Source: Paraspadella gotoi (lineage: Eukaryota > Animalia > Chaetognatha). From it: a DNA stretch of 64,000 nucleotides. Location of the stretch: positions 2,457,315 to 2,521,314 of the forward strand of contig CM119267.1 of the NCBI GenBank assembly GCA_051294375.1, written 5' to 3'. Shown here piece after piece: positions 39,445 through 53,730 of this stretch. The stretch's first letter is position 1, and every line of letters starts with the position of its first letter. Under the pieces are notes generated by a model. The model saw nothing but the letters and a program-made list of their open reading frames with translations, searched no databases and was not told the DNA's origin. Both the position numbers and the translations under genes were made by a program.

Positions 39445-39570
39445 TTAATTATTTATCTATTTGTTTATTTATTCTTTATTTGTTTATTTGTTTATTTATT
39501 TGTTTATTTATTTATTTATTTATTATATAATTATTTGTTTATTTATCTATTTTTTTTTATTCTTTATTTA
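39347..39570. repeat. (ATTT)n microsatellite
   Basis: Direct reading. Confidence 0.97.
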
Positions 39571-40828
39571 TTAGATTTGGAGCTTTTCTTTGTAATTGAC
39601 ATTATTCTTAAAACCGTATACATAAAAGTCCGCAATCTTATTTCTCTTCTTCCCTTTTTCCCTTTTATCGCCATTTTCCTCTTTTCTCTTTTTCCCCTCT
39701 TTTTTTCCTCTTTTTCTCTTTTTCTCTTTTTCTCTCTTATTCTCTTTTTCTCTTTACCTTTTTTCTCTTTTTTTCTTTTTTCTCTTTTTCTCTTTCTCTC
39801 ATTTTTTCTAGTTTTTTTTTTTTTGCCAAAATATTATTTTCTATTCTTGACTCTTCTTTTGATTGAAGAGACATTCGTCACTCATCTTAGTCTATCGGGT
39901 GGTCAAGAGAGAGATTCTCTCTCCTCTCTTCTCTCTCTCTCTCCTCTCCTCTCTGCTCTCCCTCTCTCTCTCTCTCTGCTCTCTCTCTCTCTCTCCGCGT
40001 TTTTCTCGCGTCCGCCAAAAAGGAGGGAAGACGCGAAGAGGAGGCGAATGTCTTTTTTAAAGATGTAGGGGGCGCCAGACGTTGAGTAGGAGAGAAAAAA
40101 AGAGAAGAAAGAGACAGGTAGGCCCATAACATGAGCACCACTCTCTCCTTCTATTTTTATTCTGATTTGCAATGCATATTTTTTCCACTTCTTCAACGAT
40201 GATGCTTGGCTCTGAAAGTTAATATAAAGTTAATAATAATTAATATAATTTAATATAAAGTTAATATATAATTTAAGTAAGAAGACATTCGGTCTCACAA
40301 CCAATCAGAGAGCTTGATTCCATTTGGGTGATTTATTCCCGAGTCTTTGATCAGGTTTCATCTCTGTATCTCCTGTAATGATATGCTTGGCTCTGAAATA
40401 ATTTGTTTTTCTCGTTTTGCTTTGTTTTGGCGATCTATGCTTTTTTCTTCTTTTCTTTTATTGTTCTTTTTTCTTATCTTTTTTCTTTTTTCTCTCTTCT
40501 CTTCTTCTTCTCTTCTTCTTCTCTTCTCTTCTCTTTCTCTTTCTTGTCTCCATTCTCCACACTCAAGGCGACCCTCGTTTTCTTTCCGCATCAACCATCA
40601 ACATTAGCTACATTTTCTACAAACTTATCGCGATTTCGCCGCCAGTCGTCCGTCATAGTAGAGACAAGTTGACATCATTATTGTCATCATCATCATCGTC
40701 ATGCGTCATTGTCAATCATCATTATCCTCATTGTCATCATCATCGTCGTCGTCGTCAAATATTTTCGACTTTGAGCAGAAAATGAAAAACCTTTTCTCTG
40801 TTACGTCGAATCGATATGGAGAACAATG

Positions 40829-40899
<71 letters not shown>

Positions 40900-40961
40900 T
40901 ACACGTAATTGTTAAATAGGAAGAAGAGAGAATGAAGGCGAAGGACGATAGATTAGAAAAG

Positions 40962-41110
40962 AAGAAACAAAGAGAGGGCGCTGAAAACAAAGAGAGGGCG
41001 CTGAAAACAAAGAGAGAGCGCTGAAAACCAAGAGAAGGGCTGCTGAAAACAAAGAGAGAGCGCTGAAAACAGAGAGGTCGCTGAAAGACAGAAGGCGCTG
41101 AAACAGAAGC
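40962..41110. repeat. 20-bp minisatellite (AGAGAGGGCGCTGAAAACAA), about 7 units decaying rightward
   Basis: Direct reading. Confidence 0.9.
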
Positions 41111-41434
41111 GGGTTCTCATTCCTCTATCTCTCTCTCTTCTCTCTTTCTCTCTCTCTTCCTCCCTCTCTCGTTCTCTCTCTCTACTCTCTCTCTCCTCGT
41201 CAGGTCTCCTTCATATCTACTTTCTCTCTCCATCGTGCTACCTCTCTCTATTCAGCTACCTCTTTGTCTTATTCTCCCCTTCTTTATCGCACGCGGGCGA
41301 AAATTGAAAGGAGACCGACTCAAAAGTGTCTAACATAAAATTTCACGTCAAATTTGACCTGACGAAGCGGAATAAGGTGGACCTCTGCCCTGCACTCTCT
41401 CCTTCTCTCTCTCTCTCTCTCCATCTCCCCGTTT

Positions 41435-41478
<44 letters not shown>

Positions 41479-41511
41479 CTCTTCTTCTTCCTCTCTTCTC
41501 TCCTTCTCTCT

Positions 41512-41566
<55 letters not shown>

Positions 41567-41969
41567 GCTCCTGCTCTTTTTTCTGTTCTTTAGTGTTGGA
41601 ATCAAAAAAGCATTAACGTCACTCAAAGCTGGGAGTGAATTTTTAGTTGAGGCGCATCTTCAAAAGAAAAGCACTGACCGTTGCCCACGCTGCGCTGTCT
41701 TGCCGACTTCTAATCTATATTGTTGCCTACGCTACGCTGCCCTCTCTGACGCAGGCTTTATTGTTGCCCACGTTACGCTGCCTTTACGGACTCAGGCTTT
41801 ATCGTTGCCCATGAAGCCACCCCTTCTTCTAATGGAGCCTCCGAGCTTTAACCTCTTCTCTATGCAGACTTTTTTGCTAATACTTATTTTAGTTTATGAC
41901 AAATTTGAAAATTTAACTGCGGATAAGTCGCTATGTGAGCTTAAAAATACTAACCGTATTTTTTTTTAA

Positions 41970-42150
41970 CCTCTTCTCGCAGCTTGGGATCGGGATCTGG
42001 GCTTGGAACCAGGCCTGGGAGGGGTCGCTTCGCCTCCAAGAATCTTTACAGATGTCCGCACAGTTCCCTTAAGTCAGGTACCAAGTTGGGATTGAACCCG
42101 GTACTTTCTGGTCATGAGCTTATGATTTTACTAGGACACGAATGAGGGAT
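41970..42150 (-). mobile_element. Possible tRNA-derived SINE remnant
   Basis: Minus strand contains the B-box consensus GGTTCAATCCC (plus strand gggattgaacc, 42088-42098); no clear A-box. Confidence 0.3.
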
Positions 42151-42410
42151 AGCGAGGTGAACCGAGGCAGTGACTGAGTACTACTACAGTTGTATCAACC
42201 CAAGTTAATATAAATAATAATAATAATAATATTAATAATATTTTTCTTTCGAATCCTTTTACCCAAAATCCCGAATTGAGTTTAACCGCGAAACAAATCG
42301 GGAAGGAAGAAAGTTACGTTAAGACCTCACAGTTTGATTTGTTTGTTCCCTCCCGGCTTTCCCCGTGGAATCGAAACGAGAAAGACAGAGGAGAGAGAGA
42401 GAGAGAAGAG

Positions 42411-42478
<68 letters not shown>

Positions 42479-42574
42479 AGAGAACAACTCTAATTTAAAT
42501 GTCAAACTTCCCCGACCCCTCTGTTCTCACCTTGCTTGCTTGGCTTGCTCTCCTCTCTTCTCCTCTCTCTTCTG

Positions 42575-42612
<38 letters not shown>

Positions 42613-43380
42613 CTCTCTCTTCTCTCTCTCTCTCTCTCTTGAAGGTTTCGCTCTGAAAATGAGAGGTGAGTCCAAAGCAGCAAGGCGCGATAAAGTAAGG
42701 GTTGATGAGTTGTTGAGGAGCCCGAGAAGAGGAAGAAGAGAAAACGAGAGTGAGGAATGAAGCTCCAAAATTCTGTGGGAGAGAAAGTAGCGGAGATGGG
42801 AAAGGTCACATCGGGTCAGGTCAGGTCGAACCAACGCGCCAAAACCGAGCTTAGCTGCGCTTGATTTAATCAACAGCAGGCCGCCGCCGCCGCGCCGCGC
42901 CTCTGCAGGTAGTTGATCGACAGTCGGAAAACTTGCGGCAGCAAAATCAGTTGCGTTTTGGTACAAACTTTGACCAAATATTCCACAATGTCTATGATTT
43001 GATAATAATAAATACCTACAAAATTATATTTTTAAAAGTTTTTTATTGTCTAATTGTAGTCTTTGAAAAGACCAAACATTATAATTGCTATTAAATTGCA
43101 GCAGAAAATGTTTGACTATTTTCTTTCTATGGATAGCTTGGGTCTACTATGAGGCAACGGGTATGTTATGCCAAATTACTATCATTTATTTTAAGCCACA
43201 AGACATAGAAACCTGGGCGGACTCTTTTCTTTTTAATTTATAGTACGAAGTACAGTAGTACAAAAAGTACTATAGTAGATTCGAGTATTTAATATTGAAA
43301 TGAGAACTGGCGAGACATAAAATATCATTTTATAATATTCTTTCAGAGTCTCGCAGTTCATAGACATATTAATTTTCTAA

Positions 43381-43830
43381 TCCTGCCCACTCAGACCACC
43401 TTAAACCCACCACCCCTGCCACTCAGACATCCTTAAACCCGACAACCCCGGCAGCTCAGACCTTCTTAAACATGACCACCACTGCGACTCAGAACCTCCT
43501 TTAAACCTCGCCACCCTATCCACTCAGACGCTTCCTTAAACCCACTTACCCTGCCACTCAGATCCTCCCTTAACACCGCCACGCCTCCACTCAGAGACCT
43601 CCTTAAACCCGCCACCCTGCCCACTCAGACCTGCATTAAACGCGAACACTCTGCCACTCAGACCTCCTTAACCCTACACCCTGGCCACTTGCAGACGCTC
43701 ATAAAACCGCGACACTCTGCGGACTCAGACCGTCCTTAAACCCGCCACCCCTTCCACTCAGACCACCTCCTTAAACTCGCCACCGACTGCTACTCAAACC
43801 CTAGTAAAACATACAACTGCCATTAAAACT
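43381..43830. repeat. 31-bp minisatellite (CCACTCAGACCTCCTTAAACCCGCCACCCTG), about 13 indel-rich units
   Basis: Same unit as the cleaner array at 55009-55250. Confidence 0.92.
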
Positions 43831-44679
43831 ATTTTTAACCAACCCAATTGTACCTTTCCGCTCAACTCTGCACCAACGCAGCCTGCCACACGTCGCACCC
43901 AACCTACCTCCGCCACTTTTCCTTCTCGCCACGCTCACGCGACCTCCGACCATGCGCCCGAAACCATCGTTCACATCGGACTTCGAATGCCGTTTAGCGC
44001 AAAGGGGGGAGGGTGCCAAGGGGAACGTGCAAGGGTGGAAGGGTGCCAAGGGGAAGAGTGCCAAGGGAAGGTGCCGAGGGAGGGAGGTGGGGGTCCAAGG
44101 GAATGCAAGGTGAGGGCAGGAAGAGTGCCAAAGGGTGGAGTGAAGGGGAGTGGCCGAAGAGGGGGAGGTGGGGAGAGGGAAGAAAAGGGCCCGGGGGAGG
44201 GTGGGGGAGTGTTGGAAAAGGGAGCGTGGTGTTGGTGAGAAAGGAAGGAGGAAAATTAAATGAGAAAGAAAAGAGAAAGAAAATGGGAGGAAGGAAAATA
44301 AGAAGGAAGGAAAAAAGAGGAAGGAAAAAGGGAGGAAGGAAAAAAGGAGGAAGGAAAAAAGGGAAGGAAGGAAAAAAGAGGAAGGTAAAAGAAAAGTCGA
44401 GAAGAGAAGAAATCGATTTAAAAAAAAGATGGAAATATAAAGAAAAAATGAAAAAACAAAATTGAAAGAAATAGAAATTCAGATGATACAGTAAATAAGT
44501 AAAAGTAATAAAAAGCGAATTAAAATATTAAACATATACATATATTATGGAAACCAAAAAAAAAAAAATTAAAAATTGAGGTGCAAGACTCTTGTGGAGA
44601 TCGTAACAAATTAAAGGTCAGTTTGTTAGTTTAAGGCCTACAGAAATCCGTTAATTGTTTGCAAATATGAAATACACTT

Positions 44680-44965
44680 CAGGGCAAAAGTGAAAGGCGT
44701 CAGTCAAAGTCAGCACGGAGTGAAGGGCGCATAGGTTGAAGTCGATCTATAAGTGAAAGAGCGCTCAGTCAAAGTCAGCAAAGAGCGCTCAGTCGAAGTC
44801 GGCATAAAAGTAAAGAGCGCTCAGTCGAAGTCGGCATAAAAGTAAAGAGCGCTCAGTCGAAGTTGGCATAAAGAAGAGCGCTCAGTCAAAGTCCGGCATA
44901 AAGTAAAGGCGCTTAGTCGAAGTCGGCAAAAGCGCTCAGTTGAAGGTTAGCAAAAAGTTAAGCAA
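44680..44965. repeat. 31/24-bp minisatellite (GAGCGCTCAGTCRAAGTCGGCATAAAGTAAA), short array
   Basis: Direct reading; paralogous arrays at 54052 and 55935. Confidence 0.92.
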
Positions 44966-45225
44966 GCACGAACTGATCGCGGCGCGTTTTGAACGAAAAC
45001 CAATTCATTCCATCACTACATTAATTCTCTTATCCAGTTTAACTGCAATAAGAACCAGGTCAACTGCGACCAAAGTGAATATCCTCTCTCTCTCTCTCTC
45101 TCTCTCTTCTTCTCTCTCTCTCTCTCTCTCTCTCCTCTGCCCCGACTCACTCATTCCGTTCTCTAACTCTCTCCCTTTTTTTTTTCGTAAGGAATGTATC
45201 CGCTTTTTGGCTGATTGGTGAGAAC

Positions 45226-45269
<44 letters not shown>

Positions 45270-45953
45270 GAGAGAGAGAGAGAAGAGACAGAGAGAGAGA
45301 GAGAGATTTAGTGAGAGAGGAGAGAGAGCGTTTATAGCTTCCCCTTGCCCTTCGGAAGTTCTTTTTGATATTCGTTCTTTTTCTGCCGTTAAATTGTTTC
45401 TCCTCCAACTTTTTTTCTTCAATATAGAACTTTAATTTCATTTTTTCTTTCGCAACAAATAATTACCCATGATTATTTATTTAAAATATTTCCTTATTTT
45501 CTATTTTTTTCTTTCATTTCGCAAAAGCCTTTTATTCTTCTCATTCCATTCATGCTAACACCGTTTTTTGGTCCATGCTAATTTTATGCCATTTCCGTGT
45601 TACATGCCCACTTTGCTCCTCTTAAACGAGGCTCCTTTCCTCCTACTCGTACCATAAACTCTTTCTGCTCTCTATCTCTCTCTCTCTCTTCTCATCTCTC
45701 TCATCTTCTCGTTCTCTCTCATCTCTCTCCTCTCTCGTCTCTCTCTCTCTCCCCTATCTCAGACAGACAATGGGATCCTCCCTTCTTCACTGCTCTAGCC
45801 CTTCTCTCCTTTCCTCGGTCGGAAGTGACGCAGTGACCACGCGTCGCCCGAATCCATCAAACGTTGGCGATAAAATTAACATCATTTTCCGGAAGGAGGT
45901 TGAAAAAAAAAGGTGACGTCTCTCTCTCTCTCTTTTCTCTCTCTCTCATCTCT

Positions 45954-46009
<56 letters not shown>

Positions 46010-46104
46010 CTCTTCTCTCTCTTACTCCATTTTCGCGAGACTCAGATGCAAATTTTCGGTTCTCTCCACAATTCCAAGGACGATGAAAATGTTTTCCTTT
46101 TCTC

Positions 46105-46288
46105 TTTTAGTTGCGGGCCGCGAGTACTACGCCGGAGCAACTACTATAAATCACTTTTCGGTCGGTCCGTCGATCGGTCGGTATGTCCTGTCTGGGTCTG
46201 TCGCACTTTAAGTAAAAGATGCATATAATTTGCCTATAGTTGCTGATTACTCGTTAAGACAGAAAAAACCTCAATTCTAAGTGTCTCA
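46105..46288 (+). mobile_element. Family B element within duplication copy A
   Basis: Head ttttagttgcgggccgcgagtact.., tcacttttcggtcggtccgtcg, ataatttgcctatagttg, gttaagacagaaaaaacc. Confidence 0.8.
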
Positions 46289-46603
46289 GCGCATATTATG
46301 TTATGTAATGTAATGTAATGTAATGCATGTCGTGTCACGAAAATGATTAAGTGATAAGGCAGTCAACTGCGGCGCAAGACAATTTGAAATACCGTTTATG
46401 TTTTTTTCTAAATTTCCTTTATCTCAACTCTTTTGCTTTGTCTTTCTCTCTCTCTCTCCTCTCTCTCATCTCTCTCTCTCCTCCTCTCGTCTCTTCGGTC
46501 TCTCTCTCTCTCTCGTTCTCTCTTCTCTCTCTCATCTCTCTCTCAACCCGATTATTTTCCCGTCGACCACAAAATCGCAGCTTCGTTTTCAAAGGTCAAT
46601 GTT

Positions 46604-46641
<38 letters not shown>

Positions 46642-47249
46642 TTGGTTGCATCAGCGGTCATTCTGCGCCGATCAAGCGCTCCGCACATCTCCCGGTATTT
46701 TTGCCGTCAGCTTTGCCGGTCCTCGCATTCGTCAATCTTCGTTTCATTTCAAATCCGCCGCCGTCCGTTCGATTTCCATCGGGTGGCCACCCCAAAGCAA
46801 CGAGCGCCATCTAACGCGGGCGGTTCCAATCCGGCGTCGTTTGTTGGCAGCCGAGACGCGTCGCTATGGTTACGCGATTAGGAAGGACGCTCGCATGAAG
46901 AGACATGGCTTGAGTAATAGCATGAGGATATGAGAGAGAGAGGGGTAGCAATGGTGATTGTGAGCAAGGGCAAAGAAGAAAAGAGAGAGAGAGCGTGTCT
47001 GGGCGAGTAAGATACGGCGAGTCCCTCCACAAAATATTCTTCGGAAGTAATAATCCTCCGATTAGATATAATATCATTCCATTGCATAAAGCAATTATTA
47101 ATTAACAGTTTTAGTCTAATATTCTGTCGTTGTTAATTTGACACGCAATGAAAGGCCATATTATTATAATTATTGTAAATTTTATTTATGATAAATAGTA
47201 ACCGACAGTAGCGACAACCGATCTCCACAAAGGAAAAAGGGGGACAAGA

Positions 47250-47535
47250 GGAGATGGCCAGACTGATGGAAGTTTGAAGGCACTAGGCAGAATTGATGGC
47301 ACTGGTGGCATTGATTGCGGTTTGAGGCTAACTGGCAGAATTGTTGGTACTGGTGCACTGATGACGTCGGAGGCACTGGCATATTGATGTCAGCTGGTGG
47401 CCACTGATGGCGTCGGGGGCACTGCCAGAATTGATGGCACTGGTGAACTGAATGGCGTTGGACGCACTGGAAGAATTGATGGCATGGTGGCATTGTGGTA
47501 ACTGGTGCATTAGTAGAGAACTAGTAGCAATTGGG
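47250..47535. repeat. 45-bp (5x9-bp) minisatellite, indel-rich copy
   Basis: Paralog of 58505-58780. Confidence 0.85.
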
Positions 47536-47654
47536 AAGGAAGGAACTTTGGAACGTTCGGTGACCACGGAATTCGGGAAAATGCAGCGGTGGCTGTCCAC
47601 CTTTTTCCGTCTCTTCTCTCTCTCATCTCTCTCTCTCTTTCTCTCTCTCTCTCT

Positions 47655-47699
<45 letters not shown>

Positions 47700-48241
47700 T
47701 TTATCTTTCTTCTTCGTCGTCGCTTCATCGTCTTAATAGTTTTTTAATCCTTGTCTTCAGCCTTTTTTTTTAAATCCGGAAAAGCGTCTGTGAAAAGCTC
47801 GGGACTATTTTTTTCGAAAACCCTCCCATTTGATCCTTAATCCTGAAGATAGATTTTTCAGCATAATCCAAATATTCTAGATCTTTGATCTCTAACCACC
47901 TAATGTCTAAAACCAAATCCACCGGAATCCCAAACTTAATCTTTAAAACCAAAATTGTATTTTAATTTTTAACCCTAACCTGAAACGAGTTCCATTGTTT
48001 TAAAAACCTATTTTTGGATTTTGATCAAACTGATTAAATAATTGGAACCAAAAATTATATTAGATAAAGATTTTTTATTTACTGTACAAATTTTGAAATT
48101 TTAAAAAACATCGTTTCAATAAATGGTTTTTGGTTAAAATTTTAATCAAATATTAATCAAAATTTATTAACTGTTTTTATTATATTTTTATATAATAAAA
48201 AAACCGAGCGGCTAGAGAGAGAGAGTGAAAGAGAGAGTTTG

Positions 48242-48294
<53 letters not shown>

Positions 48295-49564
48295 AGAGGA
48301 GAGAGAAGAATGTCGAGAAGTCGTGTTTAAGAGAGATTTAAGAATAGCAAAATTCCTGTTTCCTATGCTTTTGTTCTGAAGTTAATTGCTTCTTAAATTA
48401 GGATAAATCTTCCCGACCAGACGCCACGCACCAGAGAGATGAGAGAAGTAGAGAGAGAGAGAGGAGAAGAGAGAGAGAGAAAGAGAGAGAGGGAAGAGAG
48501 AGAAGAGAGAGAGAGAGGAGAGAGAGAGGAGAGAGAGAAAGCAGAAAGAGAGAGATATATTTTTCTGTTCTCCACCTTTCTTATTCTCCTTAACGCAAGT
48601 CCCCTTTTCGCGATATCTTATGCTGCAAGGGACACTTTTTAAAGCATTTTTATGCAGCAAGGCTCAATCTGCGGCATCAGAAATGCTCAAAAAGGCTTCC
48701 TTCTGCGGCTCGAGATGTGAGCCCTCCTTTTTGGTGACTTCATTCATGCGCCTGAGATTAATTCCGTTTTCAATTTGACGACGACGACGAAAGGACGACG
48801 ACGACGAACGAAAGATTTGATTTTTGTGTCTTTTTGTTTTTTTTTCAGCGAGATTTTTCATCGACTTCCCCTTTTTAATTTTGTCGTGATGCACCAGGCG
48901 CAAGGGCAATCGTGCTGCCCTCTCTTGGGAATTTCAAAACGTGAAATTACTCTGGTCTCTCTCCTTCTCTTTCTCTCTCTCTCCTCTCTCGTCTCTTCTT
49001 TCTCTTCTCTCTCACTCAATTTCTTTTCTCTTCTGGGGAATCCCCTTTCGGGAATTAACATTACCTTTCTATTTTTCTCTAATTTTCTTTCTTTTATTTT
49101 TTTAATTCATTTTTTTTACTCACATAAGTAAATTTTTCCTTACGAGGCTTCTCACTTCTCTATTTTCACTCTTTTTTCATTGTTCCTTTTCTATTTCCTC
49201 ATTCTCTCATTTTTCCCCCTCTCTTTCCCTCCTCCTTTTTCCCTTCTTTTCTATCCTTTTTCCTCTTTTCCTCCTCTTCCTCTCTTTCCTTTCTTTTCAT
49301 CTTTTTTTCCTCTTCTATATTTCTTTCTTTTTTTTCGCCTTTTTCTTCTTTTCTTCTTTTTCTCTTTTCCCTTCTGCCAAATTTTATCCTTTTTTAAAAA
49401 GTCTGTGGCCTCTTGTTCCCCTAATTTTTTAAAAAATTTCCCGTTTCTTCATTTTCCTCAACATATTTTTTCTCTCCTTTTTTTATCATTTTCTAAATCT
49501 CCTTCGTCTTTATTCCTCCCTCATCCCTCTCTCCCTCTTTCTTTTCTCTTCCTCTTCCTCCCTC

Positions 49565-50045
49565 CTTCCGTCGCGCTCGCTGATTGGCTCGGATCCAGTG
49601 GGCGTGGTCGCTCTTTTTCCGGGAGCTTCGATCCCCGCGTCGGGCGGGCGAATAACGGGAGGGAGGCGAGCGGTCCCGCGGGCGCGGGGCGGTGCGGGGA
49701 GCGGGGGCACGGGGCGGGGCCTGCGACGAAAAAACTGGGACGAAGGCCAAAAAAAGTGTTCATACTGGTCGAGCCTGGGCGGCCGATGCGGAGGCGTGGC
49801 TTTCGGAGCCAAGGGAAGACGACGATTGACGACGACGAACGACGACCGGGATCGCCGTCCCCGAGTAATACAAAAAAGGAACAAACGGCGGCGGGAGGAA
49901 TAAAAGGCGGGCGGGGCGGCGGCGGCGGCGGGCAGGAGCGGCGGCGGCGGCAGAGGGCCGGTGGCGGTGAAAAAATTCCGAAAAAAAAGACGAGATGGGT
50001 CGTCGTCGTCTTTGTCGTTGCCAAGTCCGGCGTTTTTCGTTCACA
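49565..50045. promoter_or_regulatory. CpG-island-like segment with inverted CCAAT box and GC boxes (copy A)
   Basis: CpG-dense; ATTGG at 49583, GGGCGTGG at 49600, GGGGCGGGGC near 49710; no linked gene seen. Confidence 0.4.
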
Positions 50046-51445
50046 CGACTCCACGAAACGACAGGTTGTAATACCCAAGAATTCATCTCATCCTCACTTT
50101 ATCCCTCGATACTCATTATCCTCATCTCACTTCAATCCTCATCTTCCACTTAATCCTCCTCATCTTCACTTAATCCTCATCCGAATGTGGTTACTCACGA
50201 CGACGTTTTTAGTCAAAAGGAGCAAGATTGTGAAAATTTTTTGAAACTGGAAAGATTTAAAAATTTTGTAAACTCTCAATTCATTGTTTTCTTCTTCTCC
50301 ATTTCTTCCTGCCACCACCCTCACCTCCTGACCCTTCCTTCCTTCCTTTCTTCTCCTCCCTCCTCCTTCCTTCCTTCCCTACTCTCCTCTTCCTCCTCCT
50401 TTCTCCTTCCTCCCCCCTTCCCATCCCTCCCCCTCCCCCCTTCCCCATTCACTTCCCCTTCCCCTTTCCCTTCCGCCATTCTTCATCTCAATTCCCATTT
50501 GTTTTTTCCTTCATCTTCTGCATATTGAGTTTTTCTTTTCAATTGCCACTAGTACTTTTCCCCAAAATCGCGCCTTCGAGAGAAAAAAAAAAACAGAATA
50601 ATTTTAAAGCGGAAACATCTTTGGAAAATTTCTCTTTTCTTTCTTTTTTTACTTCGAATTTCGTCGATTATTTTCAGTCAATCAATGAGTCGTAGTCAGT
50701 CGTATGTCCAATCAGTCAGTCGGGGGCGGGGGGTGGTCAAATCAGTCGATGTGGCTGCCTAAATTGTTTCCGCCTCTCGAGATACGGGGGTGGCATCAAA
50801 AAAAATTTGAAATTTTGAAATGAAAAAAAATTTTAAAAAAATTTAAAAAATTTAAAAAATCGATATAAGCGGAAGATTTATCCCCATTTCGCTTTCTCCC
50901 CTCAACATCTTTTCCGTTCCTTCCCTCCTTTCTCTCTTGTGTTGGCTTGGATTGTAATTCCCTCCTCTTTCCTCCCTTCCTCTCCCCTCTTCTCTCCTCC
51001 CCCCTCTCCTTTCCGACCCACCCGCCCCCCCCTTTTTTTTCTTCCTTCCCCTCCTTCTCTTCCTCCCTCTTTCCTCTCGCTCCCCCCTCGTCTCCCTTCC
51101 GCCCCCTTTTTCTCTTCCTCTTTTTTCTCCTCTTCCCTCCTTCCTTCCCTCCTCTTCTTCTCTCTCCACCCCTATCCCCTTCCCCCCCCCTCTTTTTCTC
51201 TCCTCTTCTCCTTTNNNNNNNNNNNNNNNNNNNNNNNNNNNNNNNNNNNNNNNNNNNNNNNNNNNNNNNNNNNNNNNNNNNNNNNNNNNNNNNNNNNNNN
51301 NNNNNNNNNNNNNNGAAATCTAGTTTGCTAGTCGTGGGGAAGTGCGTATCCCGTCCTGTCAGGCCAGGGCCAGGCATTCACAATCAGGTCACCAATAGAG
51401 GGAGGCAAGAGCCAAGGGTGCCCAATAGGGAGGATGGACCCTTTC

Positions 51446-51545
51446 TTGGCACATGCGCTACCACTGGGAGACCAGGTGTATGTGCCTCTGGAAACCAAAG
51501 ACCGCCCTGGAAAAGCAAAATGGGTCCCGTGTTGTCATTGGCTCC
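51446..51545 (+). pseudogene. Possible degenerate LTR-retroelement integrase C-terminal fragment
   Basis: LPLGDQVYVPLETKDRPGKAKW then, with two frameshifts, GP-VVIG; resembles the GD-x-V...W-x-GP-x-x-V module. Confidence 0.22.
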
Positions 51546-53730
51546 CTCCCTCCATCAAAATAGAAATGGAGAAGACATAAAGGACAGCCTTCGGGGCATG
51601 AGTTGTTTTCCCCAGGCAAATTAGAGTCAGAGGGCCCCTGATATGGCCATTCGGTGACAATTTGGCGACCACGAGACGGTCTCAACAGTGCGCACAGCAT
51701 ATCACCTTTTTCTGGTCATTAAAGGGACACGGCCAAACACAGATTTTGGGTAAACTACAATTCAAATTTGATTCATGAGGAGCCAAAAAGCCCCTCCCCA
51801 CTTTTTGCATGGAAATAACCTTGGGAATGGAGTCATTAAGCTCATGCTAACCCTCAGATTTCGGATTTTTGGACAAAATTTGATTCAAAGCATTGTACCC
51901 TATAGGAGGAAAAAGGGCCTCCCATTTTCATTAAATCATCTATGAATAGTTCGCCGTAGAAGGATCATCAGTTTTTGCCTGAAGAAGTGAAATATTCAAG
52001 GGCGGCTGAAGCTTTTGGATATGGAAATTGAAGATGGAATTACCTGCATACTTGGAAGGATGAATGACAAGTTTGCGCCATTTTTACGATCTGGCTGCTA
52101 GAGTTTTGGGCCATGCCTGCTCAAACCCGGGCTCTTCTGGGTTAGATGAAGTTTCTTCTTATGCTTATTCCTTTTAAAGGCTTTCCTTGGAGAGGCAAAT
52201 AGCTTTTTGGTTTTTGTAGATTGTTTTTCGTTGTTAAATGAAATGAATCTGTGCCGTGGACTGCTCTCCTTCATCTGCCCATCCGATCGCGCCAAGGCGC
52301 CAACCAACCGCCTTGCTGTTCAACCAAAGAACAAAGATCCGCCTCTTGGAAAAGCCCAAATGTCGGTCTGGGTTTGAAACTGTTCTGTATCCCGGATTGC
52401 ACCCATGTATTGATATGTTTTTGGCCGGTGTGTCACTCGAACAAAAACTTGCGCGGAGCCATAAAGGGTGAGAGTGGCCTTGCTAACATTTAGGCGTTTT
52501 GGTGCGCCCGGGGCGAAATAGAGCTATAGTGTTATCAACCTCCGTCTGCCCCACCGTCCGCACGGACAAGCCCCTACGACAATTAAGAAAAAATAAAGAA
52601 AAGGGAATAAACAAAATCTATTAGTACTCCATGTTTTTAAAAAAATTTTAATTTCATGTGACCGGGCCGTTTTGCTTTTTAACCCGGTGGGGATGATTTA
52701 ATATTGTACTTGGAATTCAGCAAACAGCTTTATAAGGTATGGATTTCATTACTGGTTTTTTCTAAATGGCTGGAGGTAGATTAATGACGTTCATTATATT
52801 TGTTTTTTAATTTTCTTATACGTCGCCAATTAGTATGACATGCTAAAAATTCTGTTAGTCATTAGGTATTGTTGGCGCCCTCTATCCTGGTACGATAGGG
52901 ACACTCTCCGCTGGATCTTTTCAACGCCAGTCATGCCTCTTCTAAGCTACATATTTAGGTTCGTATATTATTCAGCGCATCAAGCCCGTTATTTACAGTT
53001 TTTGTATACTACTGGGGCTGTATTTTTGCCTTTAACCTTCCTAGAGGCGCTGATGAATGAGTGAAGGAACAAGGGTCATTTTATTTTGTACCTTTGACAT
53101 CAGCAATTTAGTACTATTTCCCATTATATTTGGCCTCAACTGTTGATCTCTATTACCCGCATCCCAAAATAATTCTTTAAAGTCTCCGGTAAATATTTTT
53201 TACCCCATCAGGCTTATACACAGATTTAAAATTTTGCCTTTAGTATTTAGAGGATTTTTTTTTACAGCGGATGGATATATGAGCTGTCTTTTATTTTTTC
53301 TTACTTTTTCAATGTCATCCAGCGTTACATGATTCTTTATTATTAGGCCTATTTACCCGTAGATTACCATCCCCAGTGCAATGTGTCTCTGGTAATGTCC
53401 AGTCAAAGAGGCTCCTTTCCAAGGAGTCTGCCAGTTAGGGGTTGTTATCCTTCCGGACACCCCTTAGTTCCACACGATCTGCCACTGCAGTGACATTCGA
53501 GGTCACAACGTGGGTGACATCTTTTTCGCAAGAGGGAAGGGTCACTGCGAGCAATCCTCATCCCCTCCTGCCTCCTCTTCCCCTCCCTCTCCCGAGGATC
53601 CGTCCCTTTTAGTTCACTCTCCGCGTTTCTTGAGTTCTACTAACTTCCTTCTTTTCTAATACTATTCCGGCCAGGGACTTTTCCTGAATAAACACTACCG
53701 TTGCGATATAAGTCTTCTTCTTCAGGTAGT

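Larger units (their letters stand above)
43381..51214 (+). repeat. Copy A of ~8-kb composite duplicated segment
   Basis: Collinear with 55009-62900 through unique anchors (cttcgaatgccgtttagcg, ggtgcaagactcttgtggagatc, cagacagaca(a)tgggatcc, gctgattggctcggatcca, ctctcgagatacg). Confidence 0.93.

Noticed and set aside
49180-50244. 354-aa and 185-aa ORFs over the GC-rich island
   Set aside because: Low-complexity translation; the paralog at 60.2-61.2 kb has different frames.
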